From contig CANRAF010000004.1 in the NCBI GenBank assembly GCA_947628535.1, positions 8,566 to 72,565 of the forward strand: DNA of 64,000 nt, given 5' to 3'. Shown here one piece after another: positions 28,582-37,376 of the stretch. Origin of the DNA: an uncultured Bacilli bacterium. Lineage in GTDB: Bacteria > Bacillota_I > Bacilli_A > RF39 > UBA660. Numbering within the stretch: the stretch's first letter is position 1; the number at the start of each line of letters is the position of its first letter. Below the pieces are notes generated by a model, which was given only the letters and a program-made list of their open reading frames with translations, had not been told where the DNA came from and ran no database searches. The position numbers and the translations under genes are program-made.

Positions 28582-30168
28582 TTAAACTGTTTTTTCATCT
28601 TCATCAAACCAAATGTATTTATCTATTGTATCTCTTATTCCTTTTCCTTTAGCTATAGCCCAGTAGTATTGCTGTAAAGTTGCATCTCCATCATGATTTC
28701 CTTCAATTAGTTGAACGCTCCCATCTTCGTTTATTACAGCGTCCCAACCAACATATGAAACAGTTTTAACAACTTTTGCAGCCTCTTCAACCATTTTTAA
28801 TACTTTATCCCATGATGGAACTTGAAAGCCTTTAAACTTTACATTTGAAATTGGATGTTTTTCTACAAGCTCTCCAAATTTTGTACTACCATCACCTATT
28901 ATTTTACCAGTTTTAACATCAACTGGAGCAATTACTCCGCCGGCAGACCAATTATCAATAAAGCTTCCTCTTGAGGCGCCGAATCGCACTGTTGCATTTA
29001 TTATATCTACTTTGCCATCCTTATAATATGTATGAATTCTTATAGTGTTTACTGTTTCAGAGTTAAATTTTGCCATATCTTTATGCTGAATTATTATTTG
29101 TTCTACTATTCCCTTTTTATAATGTTTTATCTTTTTATATGTTATATAGTTGATAATTTCATATTTACTGACTTTATATTTTCTTATACCTACACCACAT
29201 GCAGTATCTAGTGGTTTAAATATAAATTCTTTTTCTCCGTTTATTAATTTTTTGTACTCATTATAATTTAATGTTTCTACAGAATACCACTTTCTTTTTA
29301 TCCATTTTTTAAATTTGTTATTAAATAAAATTTTTTTCTTGAAATATTTCCAAGTATCTGCATAATCAGTTGACCTTAAATATAGCTTTCTCCAAACTTC
29401 AGTTGTGATAAATTCTTTTTGTTTTTGAGGATTCATTTTATATAGGTTATATACATCAAATTCATGAAAATTGCTGCCACAATTTATTCTTGATTTTAAT
29501 ATTTCAAGATTAAGTTTAGCTTCGTTCCAATTCATTTCTTCCATTATTCTTCTTCTGTCTTTATCTTCTTGTTCATGAATTATCTTGTTTGCTAAAGGAA
29601 TTCTTTTTGATCTTATTTTTTTGTATTGTTCTATGTTTTTTAATTCTTTAGATGAAAGACTATATTTTCCGCTTACAATAAATTTTAATTCATTATAGTT
29701 TTTTTCTTTAGCAATTTTTAATCGTTCTTCTGCTTCCTCTTTAGAACAATTTGTTTTCTCACTTATGATGTTTATATACCATTTTTTATTTAAATTTCTT
29801 TTTTCAATTGATTTTTTAATAGTTTCTTTAAGTGATTCTTTATCTTTTTCAGTAAGGTCCCATACTTTATATTTATAATATTGCCATAATTTTAAATCAT
29901 ATTTTTTTGCATCATTTAAAATTTGTTTTTCGGATAAACTAGACTCTTTATTTATTTTTTTTATGTACTCTTTTTTCTTTTTTTCATTTTCTCCAATCAT
30001 TTTTAACTTATTTTTATTTAAACAATAGTATTTATACTTTACATAATCATTGATGCTTATTCCACATATTTTGGCATAAATTATTTTACTGGTTGATTTT
30101 ATAACTCCTTCTCCGGTATTTTTCTTAACTTTTCTTATACATCTTATTAGTTGTTTTAATTTTTTCAT
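28582..30168 (-). CDS. Long ATP-grasp_ST amidoligase paralogue P1 (528 aa). N-terminal triple-repeat domain plus C-terminal ATP-grasp.
   Basis: C-terminal motifs KPLDTACGVGIRKYK, NTIRIHTYYKDGKVDIINATVRFGASRGSFIDNWSAGGVIAPVDVKTGKI, HPISNVKFKGFQVPSWDKV, VGWDAVINEDGSVQLIEGN. The N-terminal 250 aa carry three repeats of about 30 aa (AKICGISINDYVKYKYY / AKKYDLKLWQYYKYKVW / AKEKNYNELKFIVSGKY). Confidence 0.7.
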   Translation of the reverse strand: MKKLKQLIRCIRKVKKNTGEGVIKSTSKIIYAKICGISINDYVKYKYYCLNKNKLKMIGENEKKKKEYIKKINKESSLSEKQILNDAKKYDLKLWQYYKYKVWDLTEKDKESLKETIKKSIEKRNLNKKWYINIISEKTNCSKEEAEERLKIAKEKNYNELKFIVSGKYSLSSKELKNIEQYKKIRSKRIPLANKIIHEQEDKDRRRIMEEMNWNEAKLNLEILKSRINCGSNFHEFDVYNLYKMNPQKQKEFITTEVWRKLYLRSTDYADTWKYFKKKILFNNKFKKWIKRKWYSVETLNYNEYKKLINGEKEFIFKPLDTACGVGIRKYKVSKYEIINYITYKKIKHYKKGIVEQIIIQHKDMAKFNSETVNTIRIHTYYKDGKVDIINATVRFGASRGSFIDNWSAGGVIAPVDVKTGKIIGDGSTKFGELVEKHPISNVKFKGFQVPSWDKVLKMVEEAAKVVKTVSYVGWDAVINEDGSVQLIEGNHDGDATLQQYYWAIAKGKGIRDTIDKYIWFDEDEKTV

Positions 30169-30181
30169 TATATACTTCCTT

Positions 30182-31756
30182 TCACTTGATATATGGCTTT
30201 ATTATATTTAAAATTCCTTTTTCTTCTGTGATTCCATAAATAGATTGGAATACACGCATTGCATGATTATGGTTTCCTTCGATTAATTCGATTTTGTTAT
30301 CATTAGTAATAGCGATATCCCATCCAACATATACTACATCTTCAATTTTTTTTGCTACCTCATTTATTGTTTTTATTACTTTATCCCAATTAGGTATTTG
30401 GAAACCTTTAAATTTTATATTTGAGATTGGATGAGTTTTATAAATATTTCCTTTTTTATCTGCACCATCAGTATCAATTTTACCTGTTTTAGTGTTGATG
30501 CCCGCGATTATTCCGCCTGCCGACCAGTTATCATAATTATTTTTTACACCTGTCCTAAAAACAGCTGCTAATATATTTACTTTCCCGTCAACTTTAATTG
30601 TTGCTATACGAATAGAATTACATGATTCTTCATGAAACTTTGCAGTGTCTTTATGTTGAATTATAAATTCTTCAATTAATCCGGGTCCGCTTTGCATTAT
30701 ACATTCGTAAACATTTCTATTTTTCTTTTCGTTTTCGTTTACCTTAAATTTTTGAAAACCCTTGCCTTCCTGCATATCTAATGGCTTATAGGCAATTAAA
30801 TTTAATCCTTTTATATTTTTTTCGAAATCTTCAAATGTTAGATTTTCTGTTAAAAACCATTTTCTATTTATCCATTTTTTAAAGGTTTTATTAAATAAAG
30901 ATTTGTCTTTAAAATATTTATACTTTTCTTTTGGAACCCAATACTTTATTTTCATTTTAAAATGATTATCTTCTGTCATGAATTTACGTTGTTCTTCTTT
31001 TGATTTATTATATAGTTTATAAAGATAATATTCATCTCCATTACAACCACAATTTATTCTGGCATTAATATAGTTTATACGATATCTTCCAATACTAATC
31101 CCCATTTCATTAGAAGCTTTTAATCTTTGATTTTGTTTTTCTTTTTGTTTTTCTTCAAAACTTTTTTCTTCCTCTTTTGAAAGAATTGGATTCTCTTTTT
31201 CTTTTAAATTTTCTAAGTCTTTTTTACTTAATAAATATAAATCTTCTGTTATGAATTTTTTGTATGAATATCCTTTTTTTCTAGCAATATCCATTCTTTC
31301 TATTGCTTCTTGCTCCTTTAAATTAGTTTTTTCCATTACAACTTTTGCATACCATAATTTGTTCTTTTCATTTTTTTCTTGTAACTTATCAAGTGCTTGT
31401 TTGTATTCCTTTAACTCCTCTAGTGTGAATTCCCACATCCTGTCTTTTATAAACATTTTATAAGTTATTCCAAGTTTTTGAGAAGTTTTAACTAGCTTTA
31501 TTGCTTCGCTTTTACTAACCCCCCCCCCAGCATATTTTTGGGTCTTTTTTATTGCTTCTTTTTTTAGTTTTAGTATTTCTCCAAGTTCAATCAATTCTTC
31601 TTTTTTCTTTTTATAACTTTTATTTTTTGCATAATCATTTAGACTTATTCCATATTTATGTGCCTTTATTAGCCTTTTTATTATTTTAAAACTATTCCAT
31701 CCTGTTTCTCGTTTTATCTTATTAAAGTTTTTTATCTTTTTCTTCATGTTTTTCAT
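30182..31756 (-). CDS. Long ATP-grasp_ST amidoligase paralogue P2 (524 aa). Contains an in-frame G10 tract.
   Basis: KPLDMQEGKGFQKFK, NSIRIATIKVDGKVNILAAVFRTGVKNNYDNWSAGGIIAGINTKTGKI, HPISNIKFKGFQIPNWDKV, VGWDIAITNDNKIELIEGN. N-terminal repeats AHKYGISLNDYAKNKSY / SQKLGITYKMFIKDRMW / ARKKGYSYKKFITEDLY. Confidence 0.7.
   Translation of the reverse strand: MKNMKKKIKNFNKIKRETGWNSFKIIKRLIKAHKYGISLNDYAKNKSYKKKKEELIELGEILKLKKEAIKKTQKYAGGGVSKSEAIKLVKTSQKLGITYKMFIKDRMWEFTLEELKEYKQALDKLQEKNEKNKLWYAKVVMEKTNLKEQEAIERMDIARKKGYSYKKFITEDLYLLSKKDLENLKEKENPILSKEEEKSFEEKQKEKQNQRLKASNEMGISIGRYRINYINARINCGCNGDEYYLYKLYNKSKEEQRKFMTEDNHFKMKIKYWVPKEKYKYFKDKSLFNKTFKKWINRKWFLTENLTFEDFEKNIKGLNLIAYKPLDMQEGKGFQKFKVNENEKKNRNVYECIMQSGPGLIEEFIIQHKDTAKFHEESCNSIRIATIKVDGKVNILAAVFRTGVKNNYDNWSAGGIIAGINTKTGKIDTDGADKKGNIYKTHPISNIKFKGFQIPNWDKVIKTINEVAKKIEDVVYVGWDIAITNDNKIELIEGNHNHAMRVFQSIYGITEEKGILNIIKPYIK
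31480..31640. repeat. Near-identical DNA segment of about 160 bp shared with 34780..34940 (paralogues P2 and P4).
   Basis: By eye the two stretches are almost identical, for example ...cttttactaaCCCCCCCCCCagcatatttttggg(t/c)ttttttattgcttctttttttagttttagtatttctccaagttcaatcaattctt... Confidence 0.7.
31519..31528 (-). repeat. Homopolymeric G10 tract (C10 on the plus strand) within paralogue P2 (codons about 76-79, ...KYAGGGVSKS...).
   Basis: Plus strand ctaaCCCCCCCCCCagc. The coding strand reads GCT GGG GGG GGG GTT = A G G G V. Confidence 0.9.
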
Positions 31757-31817
31757 ATCAAAATCTCTCCTTAATTATGTCTATATTTTAATTACAAATA
31801 TATTTTCTATATTAAGT

Positions 31818-33371
31818 CTATTTATCATTAAGATATTTTTCTACTAATGGCCTAACGCCTTTGTTTTCTATTACAGCATATGGATACTGAAATATTCTAA
31901 TTCCAGGATTATGATTTCCTTCAATTAATTCAATTTCACCATTTTTAGTTATTGCTATATCCCATCCTATATATGGCATTTTCGGCACTTCTTTTGATGC
32001 GTCTTTTAATTTTTTTATTATTTCATTCCATTTTGGAATTTGAAATCCTTTTATTTTTGTATTAGTATCTGGATGTAGCTCATAAATGTTCCCTTTTTTG
32101 TCTACTGCATCTGTTATAACGATTCCTGTTTTAGGATTAATTGATGCTACAAGACCTCCGGCAGTAAAATTATCTATGGTTTTTGTTTTATTACATCCCA
32201 TGCGAAGGGCTGCCATAATAATTTCAAATTTTCCATTTCTAATTATAGTCATAATTCTTATTGTATTTAAAGAGCCTGGATATATTTTACCTATATTTTC
32301 ATCTTGCTCTATAACTTCTTCTATTATATAATCTTTATTTTTAATTTTTTTATATGTAAAATAATCGCTAAAAATATTTCTATTTACTTTGTATATATTT
32401 ATTCCACTTCCACCATAATCATATAATGGTTTTACAATTATTTTATTAAGATTAGAAATTTTTTCTTTAAAATCATAATAATCTTCAAAATCTGATGCAA
32501 TAAACCATTTTCTATGTAAATAATTTTTAAATTTTTCATTGAATAGTGCTTTACTATCAAAAAATTTATAATTTCCTCCATAATCACAGTATTTTATACT
32601 CATTTTTAAACAAACTTCATTAGTCATAAATTCTTTTTGCTTATCCATATCATACTTGTATAACATTAATTGATAATAATCATTTAATTTCGCTTGGGAA
32701 ATTGCTCTTGATTTTAAAAATTCTATTTTAAATCTTGGCTCTGACCAATTCATTTCCTTTCTAATTTTTTGTTCATATTCTTTATTTTCTTTTTTTATCT
32801 GCTTAACATTTTTTTTCTTAAATACTGGTTTTGGATAAACTTTAATTTCTTCAACAGTTAATTTTTCTAATCCATTTAACATAAAATTAACTGTTGAATA
32901 TCCTCTTTCTCTAGCAATATTTAGTTTTTCAAGTACTTCATCTTTAGATTGGCCTGTTTTATCCATTGCTACTTTTATATACCATTCTTTGTCTTCTTTT
33001 GTTTTTTTATGTTTCTTGTTTAGTGCTTCACCATATTCAACTAGTTCATCTAAAGAAAAATTCCACATCTTGCCAAGTGTATACATTTTGTATGTTATTC
33101 CATATGATTGCGCTACATTCAATCGTTCCTTTCCCTCTTTTTTAGATAATTTTTGTTTCTTTATTGTTTTATTAAGGGCATTCTTTTTATATTTTAATGT
33201 TTTGCTAAGTTTTTTTAATTCTTTTATTGTCATATTATAACATCGATTTTTTATATATGGAGTCATAGTAATTCCATACATTTTAGCCATCATCAATTTT
33301 TTTATTATTTTAATATTGCTCCATTTTGTTGCTCTTTTTATTACCCTTAAATTTTTTCTAATTCGTTTCAT
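31818..33371 (-). CDS. Long ATP-grasp_ST amidoligase paralogue P3 (517 aa).
   Basis: KPLYDYGGSGINIYK, NTIRIMTIIRNGKFEIIMAALRMGCNKTKTIDNFTAGGLVASINPKTGIV, HPDTNTKIKGFQIPKWNEI, IGWDIAITKNGEIELIEGN. N-terminal repeats AKMYGITMTPYIKNRCY / AQSYGITYKMYTLGKMW / ARERGYSTVNFMLNGL. Confidence 0.7.
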   Translation of the reverse strand: MKRIRKNLRVIKRATKWSNIKIIKKLMMAKMYGITMTPYIKNRCYNMTIKELKKLSKTLKYKKNALNKTIKKQKLSKKEGKERLNVAQSYGITYKMYTLGKMWNFSLDELVEYGEALNKKHKKTKEDKEWYIKVAMDKTGQSKDEVLEKLNIARERGYSTVNFMLNGLEKLTVEEIKVYPKPVFKKKNVKQIKKENKEYEQKIRKEMNWSEPRFKIEFLKSRAISQAKLNDYYQLMLYKYDMDKQKEFMTNEVCLKMSIKYCDYGGNYKFFDSKALFNEKFKNYLHRKWFIASDFEDYYDFKEKISNLNKIIVKPLYDYGGSGINIYKVNRNIFSDYFTYKKIKNKDYIIEEVIEQDENIGKIYPGSLNTIRIMTIIRNGKFEIIMAALRMGCNKTKTIDNFTAGGLVASINPKTGIVITDAVDKKGNIYELHPDTNTKIKGFQIPKWNEIIKKLKDASKEVPKMPYIGWDIAITKNGEIELIEGNHNPGIRIFQYPYAVIENKGVRPLVEKYLNDK

Positions 33372-33486
33372 TTTTTACTCCTTAATTATTTTCACTATAT
33401 TCATTATAATTAGTTTTAAAAATATAGTCAAATAAAAAACATAGCATTTATCTCACAAAATATATGTATTACTATGTTTTTTTGTT

Positions 33487-35049
33487 TTATTTTAAATAGG
33501 GTTTTATGACATTACCTATACCTTTATCTTCTAAAAGAGCATACGCTGATTGAAAAACGCAGACATCATGATCATGATTTCCTTCAATTAGCTCAATATC
33601 GCCATTTTTGGTAATTGCAACATCCCAACCAATATATGGCATATTTTCTACAACAGTAGATGCTTCTTTTAATACTTTTACTATCTCTTTCCACTTAGAT
33701 ATTTGCTCGCCTTTAAATTTTTGATTTGTTATAGGGTGTTTTTTGTAGATATGTCCTTTTTTATCTGAAGCATCAGATATTATTTTTCCTGTTTTTGGAT
33801 CTATTATAGTTATTATTCCTCCAGTTGACCAATTATCATATTCATTATTTACTCCAATTCTAAGAACAGATCCAAGAATTGTAAATTTTCCATCTATATT
33901 CATAGTAGCAATTCTTAAAGTATTACAGGATTTATTATTAAATTTAGCAGTGTCTTTATGTTGAATTATAAACTCTTCAACAATTCCATTTGGTTGTTTT
34001 TTTATGTAATTATAAACTCTTTTATTTTGTTTTTTACTTTCATTTACTTCAAATTTTTTAAATCCTTTCCCCTGAAGACTACTAATTGGTTTATAAGCAA
34101 TTAAATTTAATCCCTTTATATTTTTTTCGAAATTTTCAAATGATAAATTTTCAGTTACAAACCATTTTCTTTTTACCCATTTCTCAAATGTCTTATTAAA
34201 CAATTCTTTATTTTTAAAATAAATATAATTTTTTTGATAATCACAATATGTAAATATCATTCTCCAATGCTTGTCTACAGTTATATAATTCCTTTGTTGT
34301 TTTTCGCTTTTATTATATAGTTTATATACTAAAAATTCTCGTTCACAACAACCACAGTTAAGCTTTGCCTTTTCACATTCAATTCTGTATCTGCTGTTAG
34401 TCCAGTTCATCTCTTCCATTACTTTTTTCTTATCTTGATTTATTCTTTTTCTTAGCTGCTTATTTTTTTTCTTATCAGTTTTTGATTTTGTATTGTCTTT
34501 TTTATTTAAACAATCTATTTCATTATTTGATAAAAGATACATATTTCGTATTATTATATCAGAATACGAATATCCTTTACTTGATAGTTTATTTATTGCT
34601 TCTAAAGCTTCTTCATTAGTAAGTTTAGATTTTTCACTAATTAATTTTACATAATATTCTTTTCTCTCTTTATAATTTATCTTTTTTAAATCTAATATTT
34701 CTTTATACTCTTTTAATTCTTCTTTAGTAAATTCAAAGCATTTATTATTTAAATATTTTTTATATGTTATACCAAGTTTCTGGGCAGTTTTAACTATTTC
34801 TATTGCTTTGCTTTTACTAACCCCCCCCCCAGCATATTTTTGGGCTTTTTTTATTGCTTCTTTTTTTAGTTTTAGTATTTCTCCAAGTTCAATCAATTCT
34901 TTATTTTTCTTTTTATAACCCTTGTTTTTTATATAATCGTCTAAATTTATTCCGTATTCTCTTGCTCTTACTAATCTTTTTATTATCTTTATATTATTCC
35001 ATTTTGTTTGTTTTTTTAGCTCTTTTAGATTTTCTGATGTCCTTCTCAT
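33487..35049 (-). CDS. Long ATP-grasp_ST amidoligase paralogue P4 (520 aa). Contains an in-frame G10 tract. Closest paralogue of P2.
   Basis: KPISSLQGKGFKKFE, NTLRIATMNIDGKFTILGSVLRIGVNNEYDNWSTGGIITIIDPKTGKI, HPITNQKFKGEQISKWKEI, IGWDVAITKNGDIELIEGN. N-terminal repeats AREYGINLDDYIKNKGY / AQKLGITYKKYLNNKCF / SSKGYSYSDIIIRNMY. Confidence 0.7.
   Translation of the reverse strand: MRRTSENLKELKKQTKWNNIKIIKRLVRAREYGINLDDYIKNKGYKKKNKELIELGEILKLKKEAIKKAQKYAGGGVSKSKAIEIVKTAQKLGITYKKYLNNKCFEFTKEELKEYKEILDLKKINYKERKEYYVKLISEKSKLTNEEALEAINKLSSKGYSYSDIIIRNMYLLSNNEIDCLNKKDNTKSKTDKKKNKQLRKRINQDKKKVMEEMNWTNSRYRIECEKAKLNCGCCEREFLVYKLYNKSEKQQRNYITVDKHWRMIFTYCDYQKNYIYFKNKELFNKTFEKWVKRKWFVTENLSFENFEKNIKGLNLIAYKPISSLQGKGFKKFEVNESKKQNKRVYNYIKKQPNGIVEEFIIQHKDTAKFNNKSCNTLRIATMNIDGKFTILGSVLRIGVNNEYDNWSTGGIITIIDPKTGKIISDASDKKGHIYKKHPITNQKFKGEQISKWKEIVKVLKEASTVVENMPYIGWDVAITKNGDIELIEGNHDHDVCVFQSAYALLEDKGIGNVIKPYLK
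34780..34940. repeat. Near-identical DNA segment of about 160 bp shared with 31480..31640 (paralogues P4 and P2).
   Basis: See the partner repeat. It includes the poly-G tract and encodes ELIELGEILKLKKEAIKK(A/T)QKYAGGGVSKS...QKLGITYK. Confidence 0.7.
34821..34830 (-). repeat. Homopolymeric G10 tract (C10 on the plus strand) within paralogue P4 (...KYAGGGVSKS...).
   Basis: Plus strand ctaaCCCCCCCCCCagc. Same codon context as the P2 tract. Confidence 0.9.
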
Positions 35050-35121
35050 TTATATTCACTCCTTAACTATTTTCACTTTACATCTATTATAGTTTTTTCT
35101 ACAAATATAGTCAAATTGCTC

Positions 35122-35150
35122 CATAAAAAAATTATGCTTTTTAGCATAAC
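35122..35150 (-). terminator. Rho-independent terminator after the ttcA-like gene.
   Basis: Minus strand reads UUAUGCU-AAAAA-AGCAUAA followed by UUUUUUU. Confidence 0.5.
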
Positions 35151-35151
35151 T

Positions 35152-35946
35152 TTAATATTTATCTAAAAATGTATATGTTTTATTTTCGTCTTTGTATCCA
35201 AGTACTTGTTGAAGTATTACATTTTCACTACTTTTCATTATATGAATATCTATGTTTTTATCAATTTTTCTTAAAGATTCTATTAATTCTTTTATCTCTT
35301 TTCTTTTTCCTTCTTCTTTTTTTGTAACTGTACAGGCACAATCTAAAAATGATAAGTTACAGTAGTTTTTAAAGGCAATTATATCTTTTTCTTTTACAAA
35401 ATAAAGTGGTCTTATAAGTTCCATGTTATGAAAGTTAACACTTTTTAATTTTGGCATCATTGTTTTATATTCACCAGTATAAAATATATTTAGTAGAATT
35501 GTTTCTATTACATCATCAAAGTGATGTCCAAGGGCAATCTTATTACATCCAAGTTCTTGGGCTTTTGCATATAAAGATCCTCTTCTTTTTCTGGCACATA
35601 AATAACACATTGATTTTTGATTTTCTATTTCTTTAAAAATATTACTTTCATATATTGTTGCATTTATATTTAATTTTTTTAAATTTTCTTTTATTTTTTC
35701 TAGATTTTCTTTTTTATACCCTGGATCCATTACTATAAATTTTAAACTGAATTTAAATTTGCTATGTTTTTCTAATTCCTGCATACATTTTGCTAAGATG
35801 AATGAATCTTTTCCCCCAGAGATACAAACTGCTATTTTATCTCCATCTTCTACTAAAGAATATTCTTTAACTGCCCTTAAAAACTTGGAATATATTTTTC
35901 TTTTAAATGTTTTAATTAGACATCTTTCAATTTCATTTGCTTCCAC
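35152..35946 (-). CDS. ttcA: TtcA-family PP-loop ATPase (tRNA 2-thiocytidine synthase-like tRNA thiolation enzyme).
   Basis: PP-loop CISGGKDS. Conserved cysteine pairs (CYLC ... CACT). 264 aa. Confidence 0.7.
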   Translation of the reverse strand: MEANEIERCLIKTFKRKIYSKFLRAVKEYSLVEDGDKIAVCISGGKDSFILAKCMQELEKHSKFKFSLKFIVMDPGYKKENLEKIKENLKKLNINATIYESNIFKEIENQKSMCYLCARKRRGSLYAKAQELGCNKIALGHHFDDVIETILLNIFYTGEYKTMMPKLKSVNFHNMELIRPLYFVKEKDIIAFKNYCNLSFLDCACTVTKKEEGKRKEIKELIESLRKIDKNIDIHIMKSSENVILQQVLGYKDENKTYTFLDKY

Positions 35947-35999
35947 TTATACCACCTTGTTTTATTATACTATTTTTAAAAGTAAAAACAAGATTTAAA

Positions 36000-37322
36000 T
36001 TAATCTCGTTTCAGATCTTCGACTATCTTTTCAATACTTTTTGTGGTCTGCTCTCCAGTTTCCATATTTTTTATAGTTACCTCATTTTGCTTCTCTTCAT
36101 TTTCTCCGATTATACATACATAAGGTATTTTTGCTCTATTAGCATATTTTAATTTTGATTTAAAACTTTTGTCTTCAAGGAAAGTATCAGTATTTATTTC
36201 ATTTTCTCTTAAAATTTTAGCAACTTTTAAAGAATATGGAATATTTTCAATACTAAATGGAACTACTAAAACTTTAGTTAATGTTTTTACTTTAGAATTT
36301 ATTATTCCTGCTTCTTTTAGTTTATAAAATAATCTGGTAATTCCTATTGAAATACCTATACCACTTAAATTTTCATCAAGATAGTATTTGGTTAAATTAT
36401 CATATCTTCCTCCAGAACAAATACTTCCAAGTTCTGGATAATCATCAAGTACTGTTTCGTATACTGTTCCTGTATAATAATCAAGTCCACGTGCTATAGT
36501 TAAATCAATTTTATAAAAAGTGTTATCACTGTTAAATTTTCCAATATTACTTATTACATATTCAAGTTCATTTACTCCACTATTAAAATTTTCATTTTCT
36601 ATATTTAGTTTCTTTAGCTTTGATATTATTTCTTCGTTTGTTCCAGTAATAGTAATGAAGTTTAATATTTCTTCTATTTTTTCGTTATCGATATTAATTT
36701 TTCTTAACTCTTCTATTATTTTTTCTTTTCCTATTTTTTCAAGTTTATCAATTATTCTTAAAATATCACTTGTTTTATCAGAAATAGAAAGTTCATTAAA
36801 AAATCCTAAGAGAATTTTTCTATTATTTATTTTTATTGTAAATTTACCAAAGTTTAACTTTTTAAATATTTCATAGATAATTGAAGGAACTTCTACATCA
36901 TAATTTAAACTTAAATTTTCATCTATAACATCTATGTCACATTGATAAAACTCTCTATACCTTCCCTTTTGAGGCCTTTCACCGCGATATACTTTTCCTA
37001 TTTGATATCTTTTAAATGGGAATGCTAAATTATAATAATTTTTAGATACATATCTTGCAAATGGAACAGTCAAATCAAATCTTAAAGATATATCGTTTTC
37101 ACCTTTTTTAAATCTATATATTTGTTTTTCAGTTTCACCTTTAGCTTTCGCCAAGAGAATAGATGAATACTCAAGTAATGGTGTATCAATTGGTAAAAAT
37201 CCGAAACTTTCATAAGTTTTTCTAATTGTATCAATCATTTCATTAAATAATATTTGGTCTTCTGGGAGAAGTTCCATAAAACCTGGCATTATTTTTGGAG
37301 TTATTTTATCCATTGTAATCAC
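36000..37322 (-). CDS. hisS: Histidine--tRNA ligase.
   Basis: Class II aaRS with HisRS motifs (...RFDLTVPFARYV..., YRGERPQKGRYREFYQCD) and a C-terminal anticodon-binding domain. 440 aa. Confidence 0.85.
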   Translation of the reverse strand: MITMDKITPKIMPGFMELLPEDQILFNEMIDTIRKTYESFGFLPIDTPLLEYSSILLAKAKGETEKQIYRFKKGENDISLRFDLTVPFARYVSKNYYNLAFPFKRYQIGKVYRGERPQKGRYREFYQCDIDVIDENLSLNYDVEVPSIIYEIFKKLNFGKFTIKINNRKILLGFFNELSISDKTSDILRIIDKLEKIGKEKIIEELRKINIDNEKIEEILNFITITGTNEEIISKLKKLNIENENFNSGVNELEYVISNIGKFNSDNTFYKIDLTIARGLDYYTGTVYETVLDDYPELGSICSGGRYDNLTKYYLDENLSGIGISIGITRLFYKLKEAGIINSKVKTLTKVLVVPFSIENIPYSLKVAKILRENEINTDTFLEDKSFKSKLKYANRAKIPYVCIIGENEEKQNEVTIKNMETGEQTTKSIEKIVEDLKRD

Positions 37323-37376
37323 TCTCCTTATTTTAATTGTAGCATTTTTACTTTAATAATAAAAGTAAAAGTATGA

